Notes under the pieces: generated by a model
Told to the model about the DNA's origin: nothing
What the model saw: only the letters and a program-made list of their open reading frames with translations
Databases searched by the model: none
Part shown: positions 8,247 through 17,932 of the stretch, one piece after another
Layout of the letters: each line of letters begins with the position of its first letter
Numbering within the stretch: the first letter of the stretch is position 1
Translations under genes and position numbers: made by a program
IMG/VR virus record: IMGVR_UViG_3300017648_000198
Span: 1,732 to 65,731 of that record
Direction: 5' to 3' (one strand)
From: a virus
Taxonomy: Duplodnaviria > Caudoviricetes
DNA length: 64,000 nt

Positions 8247-9605
8247 ATGAGCTACGTAGAGCCACTATTGTCTCGGATCATCGACGAAAATAACGTGCCC
8301 GAACTGGATAAACTCGGATTATCTCGCGACTATTTCCATGATTCCGTCGAACAAGCGGCGTACGATTTCATCCGTAAATACCACGGTGAAAACGGACAAG
8401 CTCCGTCATATGCCGCAGTCGTGACGGAAGTGCCGGATTTTACGTACGTGCCCGCGGTTACGGATTCGTACGAGTTTATGGCGCGGCGTATAAAGGAAAC
8501 GTGGGCGCAGACGGAGATTCAACGATTCATGCAGAGCCGCGAGCACGCTGACAAATTCGCGGAGATCGGTCATTCTATCACATTCGATGACTACGCGCAA
8601 TACTTTAATTTACGCGTCGATTCGATTAAAATGAGAACAGAAGTTCGTAAAAATAACGGAGTGGATGTCGCGGCGGCGGGCGACCTGTTCCTAGCGGAAT
8701 ATGAGCGCAGAAAATCCGGCGAATCGTTTAAAATATGGAAGTCGGCGTTCCCTTCCGTTAATGCCGCGATTGGTGGCGGATACTTCTCCGGTAATATGTA
8801 TACGTGGTTCGGACGATCCGGCCGCGGTAAATCTATCGTTACGCTCGTCGAGGCGTTAGAGGCGGCAGTGGCGGGCGCTTGTGTAATCATATGGGCGATG
8901 GAAATGCCGATGTACGAGATTCTTACGCGTATAATTTCGTTCGTATCTGCTAGAATTGGCGTAATGATTGCGGATGTTGACGGTATGGAGATCGACGCCG
9001 GATTCGATAATCGCGCGATGTTAGCCGGCAAATTACCGTCGGAGATCGAGGCGGATATGGAGGCGTTCGTCAAAACGATTAACGAACATATTAGCGGACG
9101 TATTATCGTAAGAGCCGTCGATGATCCGACGTTTATCGACCGCAGCGTGCGTGCGTTAGAGCGTGAAATTAACGAGGTTAAAGCGGACGTTGTCGTTATC
9201 GATCCGATATATTACATGGACTACGAGCGCAATACGAGTAAGACCGCAGGCGGTGACGTCGCGGCTACAAGCGTGGCTTTACGTAGGCTTGCCGGACGAA
9301 CGCAGACGGTGATCCACGTAATAACGCAATCCGACGAGGACGAAAAAGATAAGACGTCGGAAGCCCGCGAGCTGAAACCGCCGAGCCGTTCGGAAGTAAA
9401 GAAAACGAAAGCTGTCCTCGAAGATGCGACCGTACTGTTCGCGTTTGATTCGCTGGCAAACGAGGGTCGCGGTAAGATAGCGCTCGGTAAAGGACGGGCA
9501 GGCGGCGAGGATACAACGGTTGAAGTCGTGTATCTACCGAATTACGGGATCGTACGGGAACCGAAGGTCGAGGATATAGCGGCACAGTTCGTAGGTAACT
9601 TTTAG
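8247..9605 (+). CDS. dnaB: DnaB-like replicative helicase
   Basis: Walker A GRSGRGKS; IWAMEM; VVVIDPIYYM; ITQS; KGRAG. Confidence 0.9.
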   Translation: MSYVEPLLSRIIDENNVPELDKLGLSRDYFHDSVEQAAYDFIRKYHGENGQAPSYAAVVTEVPDFTYVPAVTDSYEFMARRIKETWAQTEIQRFMQSREHADKFAEIGHSITFDDYAQYFNLRVDSIKMRTEVRKNNGVDVAAAGDLFLAEYERRKSGESFKIWKSAFPSVNAAIGGGYFSGNMYTWFGRSGRGKSIVTLVEALEAAVAGACVIIWAMEMPMYEILTRIISFVSARIGVMIADVDGMEIDAGFDNRAMLAGKLPSEIEADMEAFVKTINEHISGRIIVRAVDDPTFIDRSVRALEREINEVKADVVVIDPIYYMDYERNTSKTAGGDVAATSVALRRLAGRTQTVIHVITQSDEDEKDKTSEARELKPPSRSEVKKTKAVLEDATVLFAFDSLANEGRGKIALGKGRAGGEDTTVEVVYLPNYGIVREPKVEDIAAQFVGNF

Positions 9606-9621
9606 AAGGCGGTGACGCACG

Positions 9622-10548
9622 ATGATTGACGTACGTACCGAACTCGAAGCGTTTGACTGGACGGCCGCGACGTGGACAAGCCGTAAGTTACTCGCGGCCT
9701 CACCGTTCCGCTACGATACGCATCCGTCATTCTTCGTTAACCTCGAAACAGGCGGCTGGCACGATAGCGGCGCGACCGATCCGGACTGGCAGAGCGGTAA
9801 CTTTACGAAGCTGCTCGCATACTTACGGCAGGAATCGTACGAGGAAACAGCGGAATATCTATCGGCTAAATACGGTAACGGTTACGTCTTAACTTACGAT
9901 GAAACCGGCCGCCCAACGTTTAAGCCGCCCGATCTGTTGAAGGCACGCGTTAAGCCTCGCCGTATTCCTTCGTACATACTCGATGATTATCGCTATCGGT
10001 CGGAATATCTCGGCAGGCGCGGCATAAGCGAAGAGATACAGCGGTTAATGAACGTCGGCTACGATATGACGCAGAAAGCCGTAACAATTCCGTGGTTCAA
10101 CGCGGATGGATCGCTCGGCAACGTCATGTATCGTAAAACGGCGGGCAAGACGTTTTGGTATCGTAGCGACAGCCGTCCGATTGGCGAAATGTTATACGGA
10201 ATTAACATAGTGTACAAGCATCGGATTAAATCGGTTGGTATCGTAGAGGCGCCGATTGACGCATTGACACTTATGTCGAATGGGATATGCGGAATTGCGA
10301 CGGGCGGCACGGCGATAACAGCGGACAAGCTGGCGTTGATATTACGGTCGCCTATCGAGGAATTGACGATATGGCGGGATCAAGATGGGGCTGGGCGGAT
10401 ATGGCAGCGGAAATTAGTCGAAGGGCTACGCGGTAAGGTTCGTTTGAAAATCGCGAAAATTCCGACGGAATATAAGGACGTTAACGAGGCGGCGTGCGCG
10501 GGTATCGATATAAGTAGCGTAAAAATTCGTAATATTACCAGTTTTTAA
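9622..10548 (+). CDS. DNA primase (TOPRIM)
   Basis: SPFR.D.HPSF N-terminus; IVEAPIDAL; WRDQDGAG; KDVNE. Confidence 0.88.
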   Translation: MIDVRTELEAFDWTAATWTSRKLLAASPFRYDTHPSFFVNLETGGWHDSGATDPDWQSGNFTKLLAYLRQESYEETAEYLSAKYGNGYVLTYDETGRPTFKPPDLLKARVKPRRIPSYILDDYRYRSEYLGRRGISEEIQRLMNVGYDMTQKAVTIPWFNADGSLGNVMYRKTAGKTFWYRSDSRPIGEMLYGINIVYKHRIKSVGIVEAPIDALTLMSNGICGIATGGTAITADKLALILRSPIEELTIWRDQDGAGRIWQRKLVEGLRGKVRLKIAKIPTEYKDVNEAACAGIDISSVKIRNITSF

Positions 10549-10674
10549 CGTACCTTTCGCATACTTCGATATAATGCGAGAGTCAACGCCGGAGTGTTCC
10601 GCGAGTTGACGCTGCGTCCAGTTACGTTTAACGAGTAGTTCCGGAATGAGGCATCGACGCGGTTTTAATCGCAT
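10426..10674 (-). CDS. Xre-family HTH protein overlapping the primase 3' end
   Basis: SD GGAGG; RCLIPELLVKRNWTQRQLAEHSGVDSRIISKY. Confidence 0.55.
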   Translation of the reverse strand: MRLKPRRCLIPELLVKRNWTQRQLAEHSGVDSRIISKYAKGTLKTGNITNFYATYIDTRARRLVNVLIFRRNFRDFQTNLTA

Positions 10675-10714
10675 CGGACAACCTCCGAAAAATATTTATT
10701 AATTTATTTTTGAT

Positions 10715-10757
10715 AAAGTGTGCCGAATCGAGTTCGACCACGACTATATAAGTGTAA
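10715..10757 (+). promoter_or_regulatory. Phage-specific promoter motif, copy 1
   Basis: AAAGTGTGCC-N13-CCACGACTATATAAGTGTAA; the same flanks recur at 28273. Confidence 0.65.
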
Positions 10758-10772
10758 AGGAGTTGAAGTTAT

Positions 10773-11351
10773 TTGACAACAGTAAATTATCAGCAATCAT
10801 ATTTACAGTTCATTAACAAGAATATCAATTTCAACGATTTCTACCAGTCGCTTAAATCACTTCTAGACATACATAAACGCAAGGCGATGCGTACTTACAA
10901 CTTTGACGAACATACTGCGCAAGAAATCTTCGACGACGTAATTCTCACCATCACAGAAGGAATTGACAACTTTGAACACTGGCTAAATAAGGCCCTACAC
11001 CTAAGTCGCATTGACTACGACAGGAAGCGAGTAACTAAACGAAAGTACGAAGTAGTTCACGAATACATTTCCGAAACGGCGGCAACCGTTAAGGGAGCGG
11101 ACGTCGAATTACTAAAAAAAGAAACCGACCACCGGCAAGTGATCGATTTCCTTGTAAGGCATTCGCCTTCCGATGCAGCAACGACGGCAATCGTTGAAGC
11201 ATACTTATTCACGCCTGGCAGCGTATCTCGTAAAGAAATCGCAAGAACTCTTGGACTTCACCACGAGGTTGTTAAACGTAAACTAAATAGATTATCTCGT
11301 TATTACGATGGCAATCGTTTCGGAGATATTTACGACTATTTAGCCGTTTAA
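10773..11351 (+). CDS. Phage sigma-70-like transcription factor
   Basis: Region-2-like AQEIFDD..L...FEHWL....IDY.RK; region-4 HTH SRKEIARTLGLHHEVVKRKL. Confidence 0.7.
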   Translation: MTTVNYQQSYLQFINKNINFNDFYQSLKSLLDIHKRKAMRTYNFDEHTAQEIFDDVILTITEGIDNFEHWLNKALHLSRIDYDRKRVTKRKYEVVHEYISETAATVKGADVELLKKETDHRQVIDFLVRHSPSDAATTAIVEAYLFTPGSVSRKEIARTLGLHHEVVKRKLNRLSRYYDGNRFGDIYDYLAV

Positions 11352-11433
11352 CTTATTGAATATGAACATAGGCATCGTCCATATTCTTATATTCAGTATA
11401 ACATGAATGTCAATATAAAAATATGCTACTTAT

Positions 11434-11466
11434 GGAGAAGGCCGTTTAGGCATTACGGCTTTCTCC
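11434..11466. terminator. Hairpin after the sigma-like gene
   Basis: GGAGAAGGCCGT/ACGGCTTTCTCC stem; weak U-tract. Confidence 0.5.
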
Positions 11467-11547
11467 TTAAACAAGTCCATTATAATGAAAAATAACTTTC
11501 TCGTCAACACATTTACAATAAATAGTAATTTTCCGGAGGTGTTTATC

Positions 11548-11721
11548 GTGTCTTACACTAACTATATACGTAGTATATCCGCATTGGTTCCGAATTATTC
11601 ACGCAATTCTAACGAAATTTTACGAAATGATCTTCGATATGAGGGCGCAGCTCCGTCCGACGCCGATCCTGCCGATTATCAACGCGTCCGTTACGGTCGA
11701 GGGGCGGTGCGTATCGGATGA
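11548..11721 (+). CDS. Small hypothetical protein
   Basis: GTG after GGAGG. Confidence 0.55.
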   Translation: MSYTNYIRSISALVPNYSRNSNEILRNDLRYEGAAPSDADPADYQRVRYGRGAVRIG

Positions 11722-12275
11722 TTAAACGTAACATTCGCACCGAAATTGACCACGCGCAAGTTATCGTAAGTAATCACGCCGTTGACCGCGCCATCGAACG
11801 GTTGCACCTAAAACGCGAGGATGCCCGCCGTATTATCCGCGGCAACCTTCGTAACGCCGAGTACATATCGGAGGTTGCCGACGTTGACGGAAAGTATGGA
11901 CGTATGTTCGCGCACGATGGCGTTGCTTATGTGCTAGATTCGCGTTACGACCAGGTATTGACGTTATATCGTTTTGAGCGCAAACACATCACGTTAGCCG
12001 ACCGATTTGCTAAAATGGCGCGCGCCGAGCTTCGTAAATGGCAGCGAAAGGAGTCCGTTATTGAACGTGACATTACGATTAAGAAAGCGAAGCTAGACGT
12101 AGAAGCCGCGGAGTGCCGTTATAAAATGGCGATTACACCGAGTAAAGCCGTTCTACGAGTTAATAATGAGCGTTTGCGCCAAATTGACGAAGAAAAAGCA
12201 AAGTTGGATGAGGAACTTGCGGAAGTTGTTCGTATGAAAACGGCCGTTGCGAAAGGTTTGACGGCATTTATTTAA
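11718..12275 (+). CDS. Hypothetical protein with coiled coil
   Basis: Operon context; SNHAVDRAIERL motif. Confidence 0.7.
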   Translation: MIKRNIRTEIDHAQVIVSNHAVDRAIERLHLKREDARRIIRGNLRNAEYISEVADVDGKYGRMFAHDGVAYVLDSRYDQVLTLYRFERKHITLADRFAKMARAELRKWQRKESVIERDITIKKAKLDVEAAECRYKMAITPSKAVLRVNNERLRQIDEEKAKLDEELAEVVRMKTAVAKGLTAFI

Positions 12276-12283
12276 GCGCAATA

Positions 12284-12672
12284 GTGACGATAAGATAACG
12301 AAGTAATAACGTTATCTTACGTCGGCAACCGGTTCCTAACGCCGAAGGTTCGGGGCTATCCCGGACGCCAAACACTAACTACGTTAGATGTTCGGAAAGT
12401 AAGCGTTAGGAGACGGTTGCGGACGTAAGAGCCGAGCGAAGGGTTGTGCCGTAATTGGCGGAATCCGCAATTAGCCTGCTGAAACGTAAGACAGAAGCGA
12501 TATAGAGCATGCATATATCGATTCTGCAAACTTACGTCCGATTGAGCCGCGAGGGCGACGCGGTATCGGCGCCGGGCCGACATTAAATAATAACCGGAAA
12601 CAACGAATCGTCACGCGGCGGCGGGCACGCGAACCAACGTCCGCCAACAAAACACAAGGCCGAAAGGCTGAA
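12284..12672 (+). ncRNA. Candidate large structured RNA / ssb leader
   Basis: At least six nested stems identified by eye in an intergenic region with no credible ORF. Confidence 0.55.
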
Positions 12673-12689
12673 TAAGGAGCGATGTGTTA

Positions 12690-13493
12690 ATGGGTCAATT
12701 TACACGTAAAGGTTCGGCAGCAGTAGCGGCGGCAACGGCGGAGCAAGAAACGAAGGTTTCCGCACATGTACCGTTCCCGAGCGGAACGACGTTAAAAGTC
12801 CGCATTTTATCGGCGGAAGATTCGGCGGAGTATTACGCGCACAGCATTTTCGGCAAGGTGCCAACTTTCGTACCAAAAACGCCAGCCGAACGCAACGACC
12901 GCGGATTTATTACCGGCAATCCTTCGTTATTCGACCGCGCAGCCGAGCTACTTTATGCGGACGCAAAAGCCGCTAAAGACGCCGGTGACGAATCAAAGGC
13001 GGAGAAACTCCGTAACGAAGCGTATCTGTATAAGTCCAAACCGCGCTATCTTGTAGGGTTCGGAAATCTCGAAACCGGTGAGTTAGGGTTCGTAGATTTG
13101 ACGCCGAAACAAGCGAAAGGCGTGTTCGCAACAATTTCGAAGTATGCGAAGAAACTCGATAAACTCGCGTTTGAGCTATCGAAAACCGGTAGCAGTACAA
13201 ATACGGCCGTTACGTTATCGCCGATTCTCGATATCGACGATGAGGACGAATTAACGAAGGAGCAGCGTGCAAACTTCGATAAACTCGATGGTAAATCGTT
13301 CGACTTCGGCGTGTTCGACGGATTCTTATTCGAGGCGGACGAAGCGGAGCAGGCGACTAATCTCGTAAAGGCAGGATTCGATATTAGCCGTCTCGGCTTG
13401 ACGATTGGGAGCGGAGCAGTCGCGAGTGATAACATTAAACCGATCGACGACGACCGACCAATCGATATCAGCGAGGACGATCTTCCGTTTTAA
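12690..13493 (+). CDS. ssb: Single-stranded DNA-binding protein
   Basis: Replication context; acidic tail ending DISEDDLPF. Confidence 0.7.
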   Translation: MGQFTRKGSAAVAAATAEQETKVSAHVPFPSGTTLKVRILSAEDSAEYYAHSIFGKVPTFVPKTPAERNDRGFITGNPSLFDRAAELLYADAKAAKDAGDESKAEKLRNEAYLYKSKPRYLVGFGNLETGELGFVDLTPKQAKGVFATISKYAKKLDKLAFELSKTGSSTNTAVTLSPILDIDDEDELTKEQRANFDKLDGKSFDFGVFDGFLFEADEAEQATNLVKAGFDISRLGLTIGSGAVASDNIKPIDDDRPIDISEDDLPF

Positions 13494-13548
13494 TACGGAG
13501 ATTGTCCCGAGCAATGCCAACGAAAAATAGCGAAAAGGAGACGATATT

Positions 13549-13656
13549 ATGTTCAAGTTTATCGATTTAATTTCGAAAGTTACGGTGGTTACGGATGTTG
13601 CGAAATTGTCCGCGGGGCAGAAACGTCTTATTCAAGTGGTGGCTAACCGTAAATAA
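13549..13656 (+). CDS. 35-aa hypothetical protein
   Basis: SD AAAAGGAG; MFKFIDLISKVTVVTDVAKLSAGQKRLIQVVANRK. Confidence 0.55.
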   Translation: MFKFIDLISKVTVVTDVAKLSAGQKRLIQVVANRK

Positions 13657-13686
13657 GACGGTATATCGGAAAAGGAGGCGATTAAT

Positions 13687-14118
13687 ACGGCACACGTAAC
13701 GGAAATTACCGGACGCTATTCGGAAACGGTCGCGGCGGCTGCGTTAATGGCGGCGGGATGGACGGTGCATCGACCGGTCACGGACGAGCCATACGATATC
13801 TTGGCGACTGATCCCGTGAATGGCGAGCATTACCGTATTCAGGTCAAAACGATTCGTCAACGTACGGACCGCGGCGGCGAACTCGTTGTATATGCGAAGA
13901 AAGGGAGCGGCGAGCCTTATACGAAATCCGACGCTGACTATATCGTTGGCGTGTGGGCGGAAAACGGCGTCGCACCTCGCGTGTATATGTTCGAAGTGCG
14001 CGGAATCGGCGAGTACTGGGCGAGTGAAGCATCGGCGGCTGCACGTTGGGTCGAATTACCGCTCGCACTCGATAGGGAATCGTTGACAAGTGTAGGTGAT
14101 ACGGAATGTCATACGTAG
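13687..14118 (+). CDS. PD-(D/E)XK endonuclease (group I intron-associated type); probable ACG start
   Basis: G..SE...AAL...GW.V.RP..EPYD.....IQVKT; the conserved N-terminus precedes the first ATG (13747). Confidence 0.75.
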   Translation, partial: TAHVTEITGRYSETVAAAALMAAGWTVHRPVTDEPYDILATDPVNGEHYRIQVKTIRQRTDRGGELVVYAKKGSGEPYTKSDADYIVGVWAENGVAPRVYMFEVRGIGEYWASEASAAARWVELPLALDRESLTSVGDTECHT

Positions 14119-14333
14119 AATTACCGATTAACCCGCCGGAGCCGCGCGAAGTAGCGGAGTGTGCGTGGTGCGGCGGTGAGATTTACGAAGGTGACGAGGT
14201 TGCCGTAGTTATTGGAAGTTTCGGTAGTCGCACGGAATATATTCACGCAGACAACGAGTGTAAAGCTGAGTATGCGTACAGCGTTGCATACGAACTGGTA
14301 GGCGTAATCGACCGTTATAAAAATATAGAATAA
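14106..14333 (+). CDS. Small Zn-binding hypothetical protein
   Basis: CAWC...HADNEC. Confidence 0.6.
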   Translation: MSYVELPINPPEPREVAECAWCGGEIYEGDEVAVVIGSFGSRTEYIHADNECKAEYAYSVAYELVGVIDRYKNIE

Positions 14334-14347
14334 AGGTGGCGTTAATA

Positions 14348-15373
14348 TTGGCGAAATTAAACGTTGTGACTCCGAATAACGAAGTGACAATCCGTACGGA
14401 AAGCGGCGAAACGGTGACGTACCGTAAATCAAACCGAACTTACGAGGAAGCGGTTGTTGGCGATATCGTTCAGCACAATGCGAACGGATTCGATTACCTA
14501 CCGTACGGTTCATTTTACGAAGTCGTTACAGGTAAGGATGATGATAGCGGTGTAATTGACGAGGAAGGCGATTTTCTAACGTTAGATGATGATTTTGAAG
14601 TCTACGAAAAAGTAACCGAGGACAAAACGGAACGATCCGATGTTATCACGATTGAAGGCAGACAATATCGTAAGGCTAAACGTCCGGCGGCTGTGGGCGA
14701 GCGTATTTTAATTATCGGATTGGAAAACGGAAGTGTTGGAGGCGCATATTACCGCATAGGAGATGCCGCAGTAGTGGAATATATCGGAAATGTAGATGTT
14801 CTTGCGGATTTTAAAGGCAATGAATACGTTCGTAACGCCGGCAGGTGGTACGTAGGGCATGATGATTACGTCGTACTCGAACCGATTACTGAAGAGTCTG
14901 CGGAACCAGCCGAGCCTGCCCGCATTCCGGTCGGCACTTACGTTAAGGTTACGAATGGCGACGATTTACCGAACGGTGCAATCGCAAAAATAACGGTTGA
15001 TGACGGGAACGACGGCTACTGGCCATATAAATGCGAATTGCTCGACGGAAGTGACTACGACTGGCTTGAAGCGGACCAATTCGAAGTCCTATCAGAAGCC
15101 GACGCAAAGACAGCGGTCGAGGCAGAAGCGGAGCGTGTTAAATGGGCGGCGATTGGGCGCGAGGTTAACGAATATAAGGTCGGCGACGTTGTAGTAAACG
15201 TAGGCTGGGCGAGAGCGGGCTACGGCGAAGTTACTGAGGAATGTAACGGTAGGTATCGTGTGGCGTACTCCAATCCGGCGTATAATACATGTTTGGAAAC
15301 GGTCGATATAATTTCATTAGTAACTCCGGTAGAGCAGCGCTTTGACCGCCAAACTGACGGAGTGCTCCACTAA
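14348..15373 (+). CDS. Multi-module SH3/KOW-like hypothetical protein
   Basis: Repeated xVGD/xVGE beta modules; shares a domain with 31607..32677. Confidence 0.65.
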   Translation: MAKLNVVTPNNEVTIRTESGETVTYRKSNRTYEEAVVGDIVQHNANGFDYLPYGSFYEVVTGKDDDSGVIDEEGDFLTLDDDFEVYEKVTEDKTERSDVITIEGRQYRKAKRPAAVGERILIIGLENGSVGGAYYRIGDAAVVEYIGNVDVLADFKGNEYVRNAGRWYVGHDDYVVLEPITEESAEPAEPARIPVGTYVKVTNGDDLPNGAIAKITVDDGNDGYWPYKCELLDGSDYDWLEADQFEVLSEADAKTAVEAEAERVKWAAIGREVNEYKVGDVVVNVGWARAGYGEVTEECNGRYRVAYSNPAYNTCLETVDIISLVTPVEQRFDRQTDGVLH

Positions 15374-17556
15374 TGAATCCGGCTGACATCAAGACACGTC
15401 GGAAGCAGGCGAAGGCAGCGCTTGCGTCAGCAGCATCGGCGAAATCAGCGGCGACGGAGACGTTGGAAGACGCATGGCAACGTATTCTAACGATGAACAA
15501 CAGCGATACCGATACACAACGTCTAATAGCGGTAAAGTCGGCAATGGCGGAGGGCCTTATAGGCAGAGCGCCCTCCTCAGCCGGCAAACGTTTCAGTAAA
15601 GCGGAAGCACTCCGGATGTATGCCGATTTATCTGAGCGTAACAAGGCGGCAACCTTGCGCTCGATGGTCGACAACATGCCGGACAATTACCGCTTAATCA
15701 CGACGGCCGCGCAACTTTCCGAAATCGTCCGCTTACTACAGAATGAAACGATAACAGCGGTCGATACGGAGACTACGGGCGTTGACGTGTATACGGACGT
15801 AATAGTCGGTATCTCAATAACGTTGCCAGCCGCGGATTTACACGTCTATATTCCGGTGGCGCACGATGAGGGTCCGCAGCTCGACCGCGATTACGTGCTA
15901 AACGAGTTACGTCCGTTCCTTTACGACGAAGGCATCGGAAAGGTATTGCATAACGCCATGTTCGATATAGCGATGTTTAGACGGCACGGCTCCGATCTGC
16001 TCGGCGTGGTGTGGGATACGATGACGGCAATGCACGTACTTAACGAAAACGAGGAATCGTTCCGATTGAAGGATTTGGCGACGAAATACCTTGCGGTTCC
16101 GTCCGACACGTTCGATACGTTATTCGGCAAGAATACAAAGTTTAACACAATTCCGCTCGATATTGCGTTAGCGTATGCCGCAAAGGATACGGATATTACG
16201 TGGAAACTGTACAAGTTCCAACGTAAACACTTCGATAAGTTACCGTCGATACTCCGTTATTACGAAACGGTCGAGGTTCCCCTACTATACGTAATCGTCG
16301 ATATGGAAGCGAATGGTTACGTATTAGACCTCGAATTTGCGCGTGAGTATGGCGAGACGTTGCGGAAACAGGCGGACGAGTTACATGCGTATCTACTCGA
16401 AGAGTTAACGAAACATCACGCCGGCGACGAACCGCTTAACCTTAATTCCGGCCCACAGATGAAAATCGTGTTATCGGCGGCAATCGGGCAAGAACTGCCG
16501 AACCTCGACGCTAAGAAAACGTTGAAGCCGCTCGCCGGACAACATGAAATCATAGCGAAGTTACTCGAATACCGTAAGATAGCGAAATTGTCCGGTACGT
16601 ATATCGATAAGCTTCCGTTGAAACAGAATCCGACGACCGGCCGCTGGCACTCGCGATTCAATCCGATGGGAACGGTAACGGGACGGTTCAGCTCCGGCGA
16701 AGACAAAGACGAAGGTAACTCGAATCAGTTTAACGTTCAGAATCAACCGTACGAAGCCCGCCGTATGTTCGTTGCGCCGCCAGGTAAAGTAATCGTTGGT
16801 GCCGACTTCAAAGCGCAGGAAATCCGATGCGTTGCGTACCTGTCCGGTGAGCCAGCGTTAGTAGAAGCGTTCGAAAAAGGTCTCGATCCTTACGCGATGC
16901 TTGCCGTGCGATTCACAGGCAAACCGTACGAAGAAGTTTATAAGAATCCGGACGGCTCCGATACGAAGGAACGTAAGATGATGAAGGTCGCGTGGCTCGC
17001 AGCACTTTACGGTACGTCCAAGTATACGATGGCGGAGCAGCTCGGTACAACACCGGATGAGGCGGCGCAGTTTATGAAGGAGCTATTCGATAGCTTGCCG
17101 GTACTTCGCGACTGGATCAAAGGTAACGAGGCCTTTGCGGAAAAACACGGATTCGTATGGATGGACAAGCAGCAACGGAAACGACGGTTACCGGACGCAA
17201 CGATAAAGGCGAAATGGGGCGACCGTGATTCCTACCGTAAGAAGAACCGTGCGATGCGCCAGGCAACGAATGCCCGCGTACAAGGATCGTCGTCGATACA
17301 GACGAAAGTTACGATGATTAAGGCGCACGAATACTGCAAGACGCGCGATGGCTGGCGTTTGTGGGGTACGGTGCATGACGAAAATTTATTCGAAATTCCG
17401 GAGGACTTTACGCGTGAGGATATCGAGGCTATTCGTAAACTTATGACGGAATCGTACGCCTGGGGCGATGTTGCGAACGGTACGGATATCGAGATCATGC
17501 GTAGGTGGGGCGAGGGAGTTTCGGTTGATGAGTGGTTTGCGAATAAAAACGATTAG
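15373..17556 (+). CDS. polA: Family A DNA polymerase with 3'-5' exonuclease
   Basis: DTETTG exo I; HNAMFD; TVTGRFSS; ADFKAQEIR; RKMMKVAWLAALYG; VQGSSS; TVHDE. Confidence 0.95.
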   Translation: MNPADIKTRRKQAKAALASAASAKSAATETLEDAWQRILTMNNSDTDTQRLIAVKSAMAEGLIGRAPSSAGKRFSKAEALRMYADLSERNKAATLRSMVDNMPDNYRLITTAAQLSEIVRLLQNETITAVDTETTGVDVYTDVIVGISITLPAADLHVYIPVAHDEGPQLDRDYVLNELRPFLYDEGIGKVLHNAMFDIAMFRRHGSDLLGVVWDTMTAMHVLNENEESFRLKDLATKYLAVPSDTFDTLFGKNTKFNTIPLDIALAYAAKDTDITWKLYKFQRKHFDKLPSILRYYETVEVPLLYVIVDMEANGYVLDLEFAREYGETLRKQADELHAYLLEELTKHHAGDEPLNLNSGPQMKIVLSAAIGQELPNLDAKKTLKPLAGQHEIIAKLLEYRKIAKLSGTYIDKLPLKQNPTTGRWHSRFNPMGTVTGRFSSGEDKDEGNSNQFNVQNQPYEARRMFVAPPGKVIVGADFKAQEIRCVAYLSGEPALVEAFEKGLDPYAMLAVRFTGKPYEEVYKNPDGSDTKERKMMKVAWLAALYGTSKYTMAEQLGTTPDEAAQFMKELFDSLPVLRDWIKGNEAFAEKHGFVWMDKQQRKRRLPDATIKAKWGDRDSYRKKNRAMRQATNARVQGSSSIQTKVTMIKAHEYCKTRDGWRLWGTVHDENLFEIPEDFTREDIEAIRKLMTESYAWGDVANGTDIEIMRRWGEGVSVDEWFANKND

Positions 17557-17567
17557 GAGGCGGTTGT

Positions 17568-17918
17568 GTGAAAAGTATTATCGAAGAACTACGTGATTTT
17601 TGCGGTAAGCAGGGCGAAGTATGGGACGAGAATTACGAAACAATTGATGCCGCTCTTGACGGGTACATGAGCGATAAGGACGGATTCACAACTTATAAAG
17701 TCGAAAAAGTCGACGAGTCCTTTGAGGATGGCGGACGCTGGACTAATTATCGCACTAAAGTCTATAGGATTACGGAAACTGACGGAAGCGTAGCGTACTT
17801 TTCGTTATGGCGTGAGCTGCCCGCGACTGAAATCCAAGATGGCGGAGATTTCTCGTACGAGTTAGAGGAAGTCGAGCCGAAGGAAGTAACGACAATTCGA
17901 TATGTAACGAAACGATAA
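17568..17918 (+). CDS. Hypothetical protein
   Basis: SD AGGAGG; GGRW...ATEIQ motif. Confidence 0.7.
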   Translation: MKSIIEELRDFCGKQGEVWDENYETIDAALDGYMSDKDGFTTYKVEKVDESFEDGGRWTNYRTKVYRITETDGSVAYFSLWRELPATEIQDGGDFSYELEEVEPKEVTTIRYVTKR

Positions 17919-17932
17919 GGAGGCGGTATAAT

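Noticed and set aside
12475-12495. Hammerhead-like CTGCTGAAAC segment
   Set aside because: The CUGAUGA/GAAA core geometry and three-stem arrangement are not satisfied.
15373-17556. Intron or intein in polA (also checked dnaB, terL, nrdF)
   Set aside because: The reading frames are continuous, of normal length, and have uninterrupted motifs.
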